A stretch of DNA of 51,533 nt from Candidatus Woesearchaeota archaeon (GCA_016181305.1 JACOZN010000014.1:1-51533); one strand, 5' to 3'. Shown: positions 35,960-45,085, numbered from the stretch's first letter. Notes: generated by a model not told the origin, from the sequence alone. Numbers and translations: made by a program.

Positions 35960-37246
35960 ATGTCAAACAAAGTAAGTGTTATAGTTCCCAATTATAACAT
36001 GGGACGTTTTCTTCCAAGGGCAGTAGAAAGTGTAGCAAACCAAAAATACTCAAATATTGAAGTAATAATAGCTGATGATGGTTCTGAAGACAATTCTCCA
36101 AGAGTAATGGAAGATTTAAGCAAATTTTCAAGGGATGGCTTTTTCATTGTAGCGCTCAGATTATCGCATGGTGGAAGCTCAATAGCAAGGAATATGGGGC
36201 TCAAATCAGCATCAGGCGATTTCGTTACTTTTTTGGATGCTGACGACACACTTCCTGCAGGAAGTTTGGATTCCAGAGTAGAATTTCTACTTGCTAACCC
36301 AAAATTTGATGGCGTATTTACAGATGCAAACAAAGTCGAAGAAGACGGAAAGATGTGTCATGCAATAAGACCACCTAATAATATTTCTAGTGAGCAATTA
36401 GCACGATTGCTTATCACAAATGTTCTATCCCCAGTCTTCTATGCCACATTCATGCTGAGGAAAACAGCTCTCGAAAAATCAGGGAATTTTGACCACTCTT
36501 ATACAAGAACTGAAGACCTTGATTTCGTTTTTAGGGTTTTGACAAGGTGTGAAGTAGCTTATCTTCCACTTCCTACCTATAATTATCACACATCTACACA
36601 TGGTTATGGGGAGCGTTTATCCAACAGGGTAGTCTCTGGCATTACTAGGGCATTTTTTATTTCCAATAACACATCCGGATTAGAAAGATTAAAATATACA
36701 GCAAAAGCAGCATTGGCGGATTTCGCAAAGCTCGGATACGAATTCTTTACCTCCGCATTCTATACTAAGCAATGCTTAGGGCAAAATGGAACGCCGATAT
36801 ACGTACCAAAGTTTAAAACCATGATTCCGGAAGCAGATGAGCAGTTAGACATGGTTTTAAATAATGGTATTGACGAACATGGTAAACCGGTAAATGATGA
36901 TAGGATTACCAAGCTTGGCAGGATATTAAGAAAATACTGGATTGACGAACTACCGCAATTATTTTATAATATACCTAAAAGACAAATGTCATTGGTTGGT
37001 ATTAGACCAAGAAGGGAAGTCGACTGGGAACAAATTCCTCAGGAGCATAGGGATCGCGCTTTGAGATATAAACCTGGGTTTTTTGGCGTTCCATATTCTA
37101 ATCCAAATCGTAGGACTTTTCAAGATTTAATTGAAACTGAATCACGATATTTGGCAGAAAGAGAATTGAATCCTTATAGAACTCAATTGAAATATTTTTT
37201 CCTTATTTGTTATAATATTCTTTTTAAAGGGACAAGAGGTAGATAA
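35960..37246 (+). CDS. GT2 glycosyltransferase fused to a bacterial-type phosphoglycosyltransferase domain
   Basis: N-terminal VSVIVPNYN, DDGSED, ARNMGL, FLDADD; C-terminal KFKTM, DDRITKLGRILRK..IDELPQL, MSLVG.RP, KPG. Confidence 0.85.
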   Translation: MSNKVSVIVPNYNMGRFLPRAVESVANQKYSNIEVIIADDGSEDNSPRVMEDLSKFSRDGFFIVALRLSHGGSSIARNMGLKSASGDFVTFLDADDTLPAGSLDSRVEFLLANPKFDGVFTDANKVEEDGKMCHAIRPPNNISSEQLARLLITNVLSPVFYATFMLRKTALEKSGNFDHSYTRTEDLDFVFRVLTRCEVAYLPLPTYNYHTSTHGYGERLSNRVVSGITRAFFISNNTSGLERLKYTAKAALADFAKLGYEFFTSAFYTKQCLGQNGTPIYVPKFKTMIPEADEQLDMVLNNGIDEHGKPVNDDRITKLGRILRKYWIDELPQLFYNIPKRQMSLVGIRPRREVDWEQIPQEHRDRALRYKPGFFGVPYSNPNRRTFQDLIETESRYLAERELNPYRTQLKYFFLICYNILFKGTRGR

Positions 37247-37257
37247 AGGGCACCAAT

Positions 37258-38331
37258 TCAAACCTTCTCCACCACCAATTTCCCCTTCTCAACCTTAAGC
37301 ACAACCTCGTCTTTCTCTCCGAATTTTGAGATGTCAGTAACAATCTTCGGCAATAGAATCCTTGAAGCCCTGAAGTCCAGGTTTGTAATGATTTGCTGCG
37401 CTATCTCGCCGCTTAATCCCAAGTCCTCAAAAATCTTCAAGGTTGCCTCGTCCCTGTCCCTTGCAGAGAATATCTCTGACTTTTCAAAGAGGTATTTTGC
37501 AATCTTGTCTGCAATGTTTATGCTTGTGGCTTTTGTTATGCCCTGTAATCCGGGAGATAAATTCGCTTCAATAACCAATGGCCCTTTAGGGCTTTCAAGC
37601 ATGTCGACAGCGCATATCTCCGCCCCTATTGAAATTGCAGTTTCAATCGCGATCCTTTTGGTGTTCTGGTCAAGCACGCACGGCTCCCCTGTGCCGCCTG
37701 CGTGGATATTTGCCCTCATCTCGCCCCTTACAGCCTTTCTTTTCATCGAAGCAATAACCTTGTCGCCGACAACAAATGCCCTTATGTCAACTCCCCCTGT
37801 TTCTATGTATTCCTGAATTAAAAATGGCTGCTTCAATGCAATCAGGGCGTCAAGCATTGAGGAGGCAGCGGCATAGCTTTCCGCAAACATCACGCCTTTG
37901 CCCTGTGTGCCGTGCGGGAATTTCAGAACAATGGGGTATTTTACTTCATTTAAAATTTTTTTTGCGGCTCTTGTGGATGAAGCAAGGTACGTTGCAGGCA
38001 TTGGAATGCTAAAATGCTGCAAAGCAAGATGCGTAAGCAGCTTGTCATGCCCGATAGTGAAGGTCTCGGGCTTTATCGGGATGTAAGAAGAGCGGTACAA
38101 TGTCCTTGTCACAGAGCGCAGCAATGGAGCATACCTAAACGAGCCTCTCGGGTAGATGCAGCTGTACTGCGGCAGCTGCTTTCCCTCGTATAGCACATCC
38201 GATTTGCCTCCGCCCAGGTTTACCTCAACATCCCTCAAGTCAATGTTGTCAACAGAGTCAAAATAGCTTTTCATAGCCTCGATTACCATCATCGAGCTTT
38301 TGCTTCCAAGGGACATAACAGCGGCTTTCAT
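37258..38331 (-). CDS. rimK: RimK-family ATP-grasp ligase with an AbrB-like C-terminal extension
   Basis: DKLLT, P.VLK.PHGTQGKGV, IQEYI, DIRAFVVG, RANIHAGG, IEANLSPG. Confidence 0.88.
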   Translation of the reverse strand: MKAAVMSLGSKSSMMVIEAMKSYFDSVDNIDLRDVEVNLGGGKSDVLYEGKQLPQYSCIYPRGSFRYAPLLRSVTRTLYRSSYIPIKPETFTIGHDKLLTHLALQHFSIPMPATYLASSTRAAKKILNEVKYPIVLKFPHGTQGKGVMFAESYAAASSMLDALIALKQPFLIQEYIETGGVDIRAFVVGDKVIASMKRKAVRGEMRANIHAGGTGEPCVLDQNTKRIAIETAISIGAEICAVDMLESPKGPLVIEANLSPGLQGITKATSINIADKIAKYLFEKSEIFSARDRDEATLKIFEDLGLSGEIAQQIITNLDFRASRILLPKIVTDISKFGEKDEVVLKVEKGKLVVEKV

Positions 38332-38464
38332 TTTTTGGAAAATTTATTTGATGCAGTCAGGCAAACTTTCCTGAGCTGGGTTCCCATTTCATCTTTGGAA
38401 GATGCTGGGAAGCGACGTGTTTTTGAATTATTTATTTTATTGATTGATTTTTATCTAAATTTTT

Positions 38465-38821
38465 TCATTTTGTAGGGTCAATCAAAAATCCATCCTTTAA
38501 AATATTCTGCCCGATTAAAATCCTGTATTTCATATGGGCCCTGTCAGCCAAAGTGAACTCTGACTTTATTTTCTTGCCGGCCAATTCAATTTCAGCCTCT
38601 ATTATCGGGCGAAGCTTTGAGCCGTGGGCAGATTTGACAAGCTTTGACTTTATGACAGGACCTAATCTTAATTCAGCGGCAAGATTTGTGTCTATGGAGC
38701 TTTTTGTCGCGCCTGTGTCAATTTTTGCAATAACACTTTTTTTGCCATTATGATGCCTGACACTGACTTTTTCAGCCAATCCAATGACTACCTTGCCATT
38801 AAGTACCTTGTAACCACCCAT
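38465..38821 (-). CDS. RimK-associated retropepsin-like protease
   Basis: AKIDTGATKSSID, RPII, FTLADR..MKY.ILIG. Confidence 0.85.
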   Translation of the reverse strand: MGGYKVLNGKVVIGLAEKVSVRHHNGKKSVIAKIDTGATKSSIDTNLAAELRLGPVIKSKLVKSAHGSKLRPIIEAEIELAGKKIKSEFTLADRAHMKYRILIGQNILKDGFLIDPTK

Positions 38822-38852
38822 AAAACTGATAGAAATAAAATGGTTTATTAAG

Positions 38853-39245
38853 TTATTGGTTTTGCAGAATCAATTCAGCTTCCTTAACTCCCTCGGTTCC
38901 TTTGATTTTGCTCAATAATTTCCTAACTCTTTCAACCTTTCCCTTCACTATAATCAGTTCCAGGCATGTGTGGTGGTCCAAGTAAGTATGCATTGAGCTT
39001 ACAATCTGGCAATGGTAGTCGTGCTGCAAATTGGAAACGTTCTTGCTGTAATGCCCGACTCTTTGGTCATAGACAACTTTTATTGTTCCAATAATCTGGC
39101 TTTCGTGCATATGGGTCAGCCTGTCACGTATTATGTCGTTGATTGCCTCCGACCTGTTCGTGTACCCTTTTTCTTTCAGGAACTTGTCAAATAATCCCAA
39201 TAGTTTCGGCTCAAATGAAATTCCGGTCCTTACAACCTTGTCCAT
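38853..39245 (-). CDS. nikR: Nickel-responsive regulator NikR
   Basis: Ribbon-helix-helix N-terminus (RTGISF...GYTNRSEAI) and ACT-like domain with QHD and HTYLDHHTCLE nickel ligands. Confidence 0.9.
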   Translation of the reverse strand: MDKVVRTGISFEPKLLGLFDKFLKEKGYTNRSEAINDIIRDRLTHMHESQIIGTIKVVYDQRVGHYSKNVSNLQHDYHCQIVSSMHTYLDHHTCLELIIVKGKVERVRKLLSKIKGTEGVKEAELILQNQ

Positions 39246-39281
39246 GCAATGCAATTTATCGCTTTGCTTTAAATAACTTTC

Positions 39282-39308
39282 GTAACACGATTGCAAAAAG
39301 CGTAATAT
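39282..39308. promoter_or_regulatory. Candidate NikR operator
   Basis: GTAACAC-N13-GTAATAT in the nikR/transporter divergent spacer, abutting the TTTATATAAA TATA at 39308-39317. Confidence 0.45.
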
Positions 39309-39337
39309 TTATATAAACTCCGCATATACTGCCGTGT

Positions 39338-40000
39338 ATGCTGGAATCAATATCGTTTATGGCTCTTGCCCTGGCGCTAGGGTTCAGGCACAGCTATGAC
39401 TCTGACCACTTGATTGCAGCCTCAAACATATTAAGAAAGGCTGATTCAGTAAAATCATCCATAAAAATCGGCTTTAGCTGGGTACTGGGGCACATGCTTA
39501 CGGCAGCAATCATAACAATAATACTTTTCATCTTTAAAGAGTCTTTTTTGAGCAATATCCTTCCACATTCCGAAAAAATTGCAGCAATAATGCTCATAAT
39601 GCTTGGAATTTTAAGCTTGAGGGATTTTTTAAGCCTTCATTCCCATGCGCATAGGCACGGAAACATAGTTCATTCCCACCCCCACATTCATCTTAAAAGG
39701 CACCATGACAGGCACTCCCACAGGCATATGTTTGGAGTCGGTGTTGTGCACGGCCTCGCAAGCAACAACGAGCTTTTGATGCTGTTTGCTGCCTCGCTTG
39801 CAGTCACATCGCTTGCAGGCTTGATTGCAGCCATTGGGCTGTTCAGCTTTGGGGTTGCCCTTGGAATGCTGCTTTTTGCGTTTGTCTTTTCATACCCGCT
39901 GATAAAACTCCACAGCGAAAAAATATACAATCTTGTTTCTTTAGGCACAGGCTCAATTGGAGTGGTTTACGGGGTATTGATGCTGTTTGCTTTTGCTTAA
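39338..40000 (+). CDS. Nickel/cobalt transporter (HoxN/HupN/NixA-like)
   Basis: GFRHSYDSDH in TM1, His-rich cytoplasmic loop (HSHAHRHG..HSHPHIH), GVVHGLA. Confidence 0.85.
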   Translation: MLESISFMALALALGFRHSYDSDHLIAASNILRKADSVKSSIKIGFSWVLGHMLTAAIITIILFIFKESFLSNILPHSEKIAAIMLIMLGILSLRDFLSLHSHAHRHGNIVHSHPHIHLKRHHDRHSHRHMFGVGVVHGLASNNELLMLFAASLAVTSLAGLIAAIGLFSFGVALGMLLFAFVFSYPLIKLHSEKIYNLVSLGTGSIGVVYGVLMLFAFA

Positions 40001-40001
40001 A

Positions 40002-40817
40002 ATGGAAAAAGAATTAAGCCAAAAATACGAAAGAATGGGGAATGAAATAAAAAAGCTAGGCAGCGCAATAGTGGCTTTTTCAGGCGGAGTTGACAGCGCT
40101 TTAGTGCTTAAGGTTGCGCACGATGTTTTAGGAAGCCATGCTATTGCAGTTACTGCAGACAGCCCTTCATTGCCAAGAAGAGAACTCGAAGAAACAAAAA
40201 ACATTGCAAGGCAGATTGGTGCAAAACATTTAATCATAAATACTGAAGAAACTAAAAATCAAAACTACCTGAAAAACCCAAACAACAGATGCTATTACTG
40301 CAAGTCCGAGCTTTACACAAAGCTGAAATTGGTTTCCGAACAACTTGGCATCAAAAACATCCTAAATGGAACAAACTTCGATGATTTAGGCGATTATAGG
40401 CCAGGATTGAAAGCAGCGGATGAAAGTAATGTAATAAGCCCGCTGAAAGATGCAAAAATCACAAAAAATGAGGTAAGGCAACTGGCAAAAGAGCTTGGGC
40501 TAAAAATATGGGACAAGCCCTCCTCACCCTGCTTAAGTTCAAGAGTGCCATATGGAAGTGAAATAACAATGGAAAAACTGGCAATGATTGAAAAAGCTGA
40601 AAATTTCCTGAAAGATTTTGGGATAAAAGAGCTTAGGGTTAGGCATTTTGGAAATATGGCAAGGATTGAAGTAAACGAGGATAATAGAATAATAATAAAT
40701 AACAATTTTGGTTTAATAGAGAGAAAATTCAATCAAATAGGATTTGATGAGATAGAAATTACAAGCTTCAAAAGCGGGAATTTAAACTTGGTGCTGAATG
40801 TACGAGCAGAAAATTAG
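40002..40817 (+). CDS. larE: NPN cofactor sulfur transferase LarE
   Basis: PP-loop AFSGGVDS, RCYYCK, DYRPG, PSSPCLSSR.PYG, LRVRH. Confidence 0.92.
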   Translation: MEKELSQKYERMGNEIKKLGSAIVAFSGGVDSALVLKVAHDVLGSHAIAVTADSPSLPRRELEETKNIARQIGAKHLIINTEETKNQNYLKNPNNRCYYCKSELYTKLKLVSEQLGIKNILNGTNFDDLGDYRPGLKAADESNVISPLKDAKITKNEVRQLAKELGLKIWDKPSSPCLSSRVPYGSEITMEKLAMIEKAENFLKDFGIKELRVRHFGNMARIEVNEDNRIIINNNFGLIERKFNQIGFDEIEITSFKSGNLNLVLNVRAEN

Positions 40818-41544
40818 GGAAGTAATGCACGGGGTAAAAAATAAGAAAATCAATGTAGACGAAGCTGTAAAAAAATTGAAGTTTATGCCGTTTGAGGACA
40901 TTGGCTTTGCAAAAATAGACCATCATCGTGCTTTGAGAAGGGGCTTTCCTGAAGTTGTTTTCTGCCAGAATAAGACAACTGAGCAAGTTGTTGCAATAGT
41001 CAAAAAATTAGCAGCCATCAATTCAAATATTCTGGCGACAAGGGCGACAGAAGAGATGTTCAATGAAGTTAAAAAGCATATTAGAAATGCGCAATACAAT
41101 AAAATTTCAAGGGCAATAATAATCCAAAATCAAAAAAATAAAATAAAAAAAAACGGCAAAATCCTTGTTCTGAGCGCAGGCACTTCCGACATGCCTGTTG
41201 CAGAGGAAGCGGCAGTCGTTGCAGAGGCAATGGGCAGCAGAGTGGAAAGAGTTTATGATGTTGGAGTCGCAGGATTGCACCGGTTATTAAGCAGCAAGGA
41301 AAAACTGGAAGAGGCAAATGCGCTTATTATTGTTGCAGGAATGGACGGTGTGCTGCCAAGTGTTGTATCAGGATTGTTCGGCAAGCCTATAATTGCAGTG
41401 CCGACTTCGGTTGGCTATGGCGCTTCATTCAAGGGCATTGCGCCATTGCTTACAATGCTAAATTCCTGCTCACCAGGGGTTGTTGTAGTAAACATTGACA
41501 ATGGGTTTGGAGCAGGGTATTTTGCCAGCATGATAAATAAATAA
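40798..41544 (+). CDS. larB: NPN cofactor carboxylase/hydrolase LarB
   Basis: DHHR..R.GFPEVV, AGTSD.PVAEEA, DVGVAGLHRL, AGMDG.LPSVV, PTSVGYG, NIDNGFGA. Confidence 0.95.
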   Translation: MYEQKIREVMHGVKNKKINVDEAVKKLKFMPFEDIGFAKIDHHRALRRGFPEVVFCQNKTTEQVVAIVKKLAAINSNILATRATEEMFNEVKKHIRNAQYNKISRAIIIQNQKNKIKKNGKILVLSAGTSDMPVAEEAAVVAEAMGSRVERVYDVGVAGLHRLLSSKEKLEEANALIIVAGMDGVLPSVVSGLFGKPIIAVPTSVGYGASFKGIAPLLTMLNSCSPGVVVVNIDNGFGAGYFASMINK

Positions 41545-41546
41545 AA

Positions 41547-42719
41547 ATGAAAACAGCATACTTTGATTGTTTCAGCGGAATCAGCGGCGACATGATAATT
41601 GGAGCTTTGATAGATTTGGGACTAAATTTTGATTTTCTAAAAAAAGAATTGGGAAAATTGAATTTAAAAGGATATAAAATTGAATCAAAAAAGATTGTCA
41701 AAAACGGCATTCCATCAATAAAATTTGACTTGATTGGAGATCATAGGCATCATGGCGAAAGGAATCTGAAGGAAATCAACAAAATAATTGATAACTCTAA
41801 ATTGGACAATGAATTAAAGAATACAATTAAAAAAATATTCCTTAAAATAGCAACTGCAGAGGCAAAAATACACAGAAAGCCGATTGATAAAATCCATTTT
41901 CACGAGATTGGGGCAATTGACACAATAATTGATGTCGCTGGCGCCGTTATAGGATTTAAAAAACTCGGAATAGGAAAGATTTACTGCTCAAAGCTGAACG
42001 TCGGCACGGGGTTTGTCAAGTTTTCGCATGGAAAATTCCCGGTGCCTGCGCCTGCAACTGCTGAAATCCTGAAGAATGTGCCCATTTACAATAATGGAAT
42101 TGAAGCAGAGCTTGTTACCCCAACAGGCGCCGCTATAATAACAGATTTTGCAGAAAGATTTGGAGAAATGCCTGCAATGAAGGTTGAGAAAATCGGCTGC
42201 GGCGCTGGAACTAAAGATTTGGAGCAGCCGAATGTATTAAGGGTTTTTTACGGCGAATTGGAAGCTGGCAAAAATGAAGTAATAAACATAATAGAAGCAA
42301 ACATTGACAACATGAATCCTGAGATTTATCCTTATGTTATTGAAAAGCTGATGGAAAACGGCGCTTTGGATGCTTACTTAACCAACATTCTTATGAAAAA
42401 AGGCAGGCCTGCCGTAAAACTGAGCGTTTTGTGCGAAATAAAAGAGACTGACAAATTGTGCAGTATAATTTTCAGCGAGACTGCAACTCTTGGAGTCAGG
42501 ATTTTTAGCGCTGAAAAGAGAAAATTGGATAGGGAGATTAAAACAATAAAAACAAATTATGGAAATGTAAGGGTTAAAATATCTAAATTAAACAATCAGA
42601 TTCAAAATGTCATGCCTGAATATGAGGATTGCGCGAGGATTGCTAAAAAACATAAAATTCCGCTGAAGAGGGTTTACGTTATGGTAAAAAGAATACTTAA
42701 GCAGCCTTATCAATCTTAA
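41547..42719 (+). CDS. larC: NPN cofactor nickel-insertion protein LarC
   Basis: DCFSGISGDM, HRHHG..R, HFHEIGA.D, PVPAPAT, LVTPTGAA, N.DNMNPE, MKKGRP, PEYEDC. Confidence 0.95.
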   Translation: MKTAYFDCFSGISGDMIIGALIDLGLNFDFLKKELGKLNLKGYKIESKKIVKNGIPSIKFDLIGDHRHHGERNLKEINKIIDNSKLDNELKNTIKKIFLKIATAEAKIHRKPIDKIHFHEIGAIDTIIDVAGAVIGFKKLGIGKIYCSKLNVGTGFVKFSHGKFPVPAPATAEILKNVPIYNNGIEAELVTPTGAAIITDFAERFGEMPAMKVEKIGCGAGTKDLEQPNVLRVFYGELEAGKNEVINIIEANIDNMNPEIYPYVIEKLMENGALDAYLTNILMKKGRPAVKLSVLCEIKETDKLCSIIFSETATLGVRIFSAEKRKLDREIKTIKTNYGNVRVKISKLNNQIQNVMPEYEDCARIAKKHKIPLKRVYVMVKRILKQPYQS

Positions 42720-43359
42720 GACCGCATACTTCTGCTACAAAATCCGAAACCATTTGAATTGATTGTCCCTTATAGTTAAAAAACGTTATTTTGTTTAGTT
42801 TATAGGTATTTTTCAATCTGATGTAAGCATCCTCGTACCTTTCTACAATAGGCATAATTTCTTCATGTCCATTTTGAATAATCCTATTTGTTGCCCGAAA
42901 AATTAATGGCAAACTCTTGTCAAACGAGTCCTCTCTGACCCCAATTCTTGGAAATTGTTGCACATGATGCAGGAACCCATACCATGGAGTTTTTAGATAA
43001 TTGTCACCATAAATCATTTTGTAACGGTTAACTAAAAAATCATTATCAGGGAAAAAATCAGCAGTTAACAAAATTCCATCCAGACCTATACTATCATCTG
43101 GTAAATCATCAAGGTCCCATGGCATTTTCTCTGCTTTGTCTCTTCTGCCTGAAAAATCTAATTCTAAATTCCATTTATCATATTTGGATTTAATAAAATC
43201 AATGACTTCTTTTGCATACTGTGGTGCGCATGTAAATGGAATAATACTTCCATGTGTAAAAAGCGTAAAATCTATATCGTTAGCCGATTTTGGTAAATAG
43301 ATAAATGAACCAAAAACTGCTATTTTATTTCCTTCACTAAAAAATTGTTCAAGCGGCAT
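42697..43359 (-). CDS. Hypothetical protein with a Pol-beta-type nucleotidyltransferase motif
   Basis: IAVFGSF...NDIDFTLF (hGS...DxD) near the N-terminus; AT-rich codon use; 23-bp tail overlap with larC. Confidence 0.55.
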   Translation of the reverse strand: MPLEQFFSEGNKIAVFGSFIYLPKSANDIDFTLFTHGSIIPFTCAPQYAKEVIDFIKSKYDKWNLELDFSGRRDKAEKMPWDLDDLPDDSIGLDGILLTADFFPDNDFLVNRYKMIYGDNYLKTPWYGFLHHVQQFPRIGVREDSFDKSLPLIFRATNRIIQNGHEEIMPIVERYEDAYIRLKNTYKLNKITFFNYKGQSIQMVSDFVAEVCGLKIDKAA

Positions 43360-43408
43360 AAAGCCTAGATTATAGAATATTCTTTAAAAATATATGCCAA
43401 GAAACCTA

Positions 43409-45085
43409 TTAAACCCCCTCAAACATCTTAGCAACCTTTTCCTTTCCCAAAGCAAGTATAAAAGGCGCCAGTTTCGGTCCTCTTTCCTTGTTCAGCAAAA
43501 CTTTGTAAGCTGCCTCGAAAAACTCGGTGTTCTTTATGCCAAATTCCTTGCATATGCTGTAAAACTCATTGAACAGCGATTTCTCGTCCCATTCTTGTTT
43601 TTTTAATTTTTCAGCCAGCAGATGCAATGCGTCATTTTGCTTTTGATTCAAATCAATATTGTCAGGAACTTTGTGCTGCAGCTTGAACCTGAACTGCTCC
43701 TCTGCAAACTCCTCAACCCATTTCTTTGCAAAAGCAAGCCTTTCTTTTATGCAGTCAATGCCGGATTTTGATGCCTTTTCCGGCAGTTGCCCCGTATTTT
43801 TCAGTGACTCAAAAATCAGCTTTTCGTCCTCAAAAATCTGCACAAGCATCGAAGCATGCAGAAAGCTCACCTGTGGAGGCATTCTTTCAGGTAATTTTCC
43901 TACATGGCTCATCTGATATATTCTTTTCTGCCTTGCATTTTCCTTTTCTCCTAAGTCTTCTTTGCCAAAATAAGCCCTTTCTGCCTGGTCGTACCTTTCA
44001 TAAAGCAGAATCAGGTCATTTGTATAAGGGTCAAAGTCGATGGCTGCGTTTGGCCTTGTTCTTATCAGCAAAAACCTCAGCATTTTTGCAGGAGCATAGT
44101 TTATTGATTCGGCAAACCCAAGCCCATGCCCTTTTGATGTGGACATCTTCTTGCCGCCGACTGTGAAGAATTCATAGCCCTGCCCTTCCTCGTAGCCGTT
44201 TGAAGGGTAAGGCGGCGGATAGTCAAATACATCAACAGAAACCCTGCACGCAACAGTCCTCGAGCCGTTCTGGGTAAAATGATCCTTGCCCGCCGTCTCT
44301 ACAATAACCTGCTTTGTGAGCCATTTTGCAGCCCATTCAACTTTCCATGGAAACTTGCCGTTGCCGCTGTAGGGAGAAATCCAGCCTTTATGGCCGCAGC
44401 CTTTAGCCCATTTTACGACATCGTTCCTGCATTCAAAATAAATCATCTCCTTCTTTGAGTCCCATTCAATTGCCAATGTTGTTGCTATCCTGCTGCATTT
44501 CGGGCATTTTACATTGAATGGAAGCTTGCTTGCCATAGCCGCTTCTTCGCCGTACAAGTCAGCGTAAATTTTCTGGATTTTGCCTGCATTGTCAAGCGCT
44601 ATTTTTATCGTCTTGTTGAAAGAGCCTTTTTCATACTCGTGCCCGGTGCTTTCAAGCTCTGCCTCAATCCCGAATTCAGGGAACAAGTCGGTGCACTGCC
44701 TGAAGAAATAGTCGCCAAAGCTTTTGTAGCCTTTTACAGGGCTCGGTATGTGCCTGAAAGGCACGCCCATATATTTCTCATTATCCTCCTTTGAAAGCTC
44801 TTTTGCCGGCCTGTCCAATGGGTCCATGTCATCGCTGCTCAGGATAAACCTTGCCTTTACACCCTTGTCCCTTAGCGCCTTTGCGATTGCGTCGCTTATT
44901 ATCCAGCCCCTTCCAGAGCCTATGTGGATTGTGCCAGAAGGCGTTTTCTCATCCATCACAATAAATCCATGCTTTTTTGTGAGCTCTTTCAAAAGCGGCG
45001 TTTTCTCCACCCTTTCAATTACATCATCAGCTATAGAATCAGCCCAGAAGATGTCTTCAAAAGTTTTCCCGTCCTTATTTTGCAT
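43409..45085 (-). CDS. lysS: Lysyl-tRNA synthetase, class I
   Basis: FWAD, TPSG.IHIG, DDMDP, KFPWKVEW, GKDH, KMSTSKG, GPKL. Confidence 0.96.
   Translation of the reverse strand: MQNKDGKTFEDIFWADSIADDVIERVEKTPLLKELTKKHGFIVMDEKTPSGTIHIGSGRGWIISDAIAKALRDKGVKARFILSSDDMDPLDRPAKELSKEDNEKYMGVPFRHIPSPVKGYKSFGDYFFRQCTDLFPEFGIEAELESTGHEYEKGSFNKTIKIALDNAGKIQKIYADLYGEEAAMASKLPFNVKCPKCSRIATTLAIEWDSKKEMIYFECRNDVVKWAKGCGHKGWISPYSGNGKFPWKVEWAAKWLTKQVIVETAGKDHFTQNGSRTVACRVSVDVFDYPPPYPSNGYEEGQGYEFFTVGGKKMSTSKGHGLGFAESINYAPAKMLRFLLIRTRPNAAIDFDPYTNDLILLYERYDQAERAYFGKEDLGEKENARQKRIYQMSHVGKLPERMPPQVSFLHASMLVQIFEDEKLIFESLKNTGQLPEKASKSGIDCIKERLAFAKKWVEEFAEEQFRFKLQHKVPDNIDLNQKQNDALHLLAEKLKKQEWDEKSLFNEFYSICKEFGIKNTEFFEAAYKVLLNKERGPKLAPFILALGKEKVAKMFEGV

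Noticed and set aside
39640-39730. His-rich repeats in the transporter as a repeat element
   Set aside because: An ordinary His-rich metal-binding loop of nickel/cobalt transporters.
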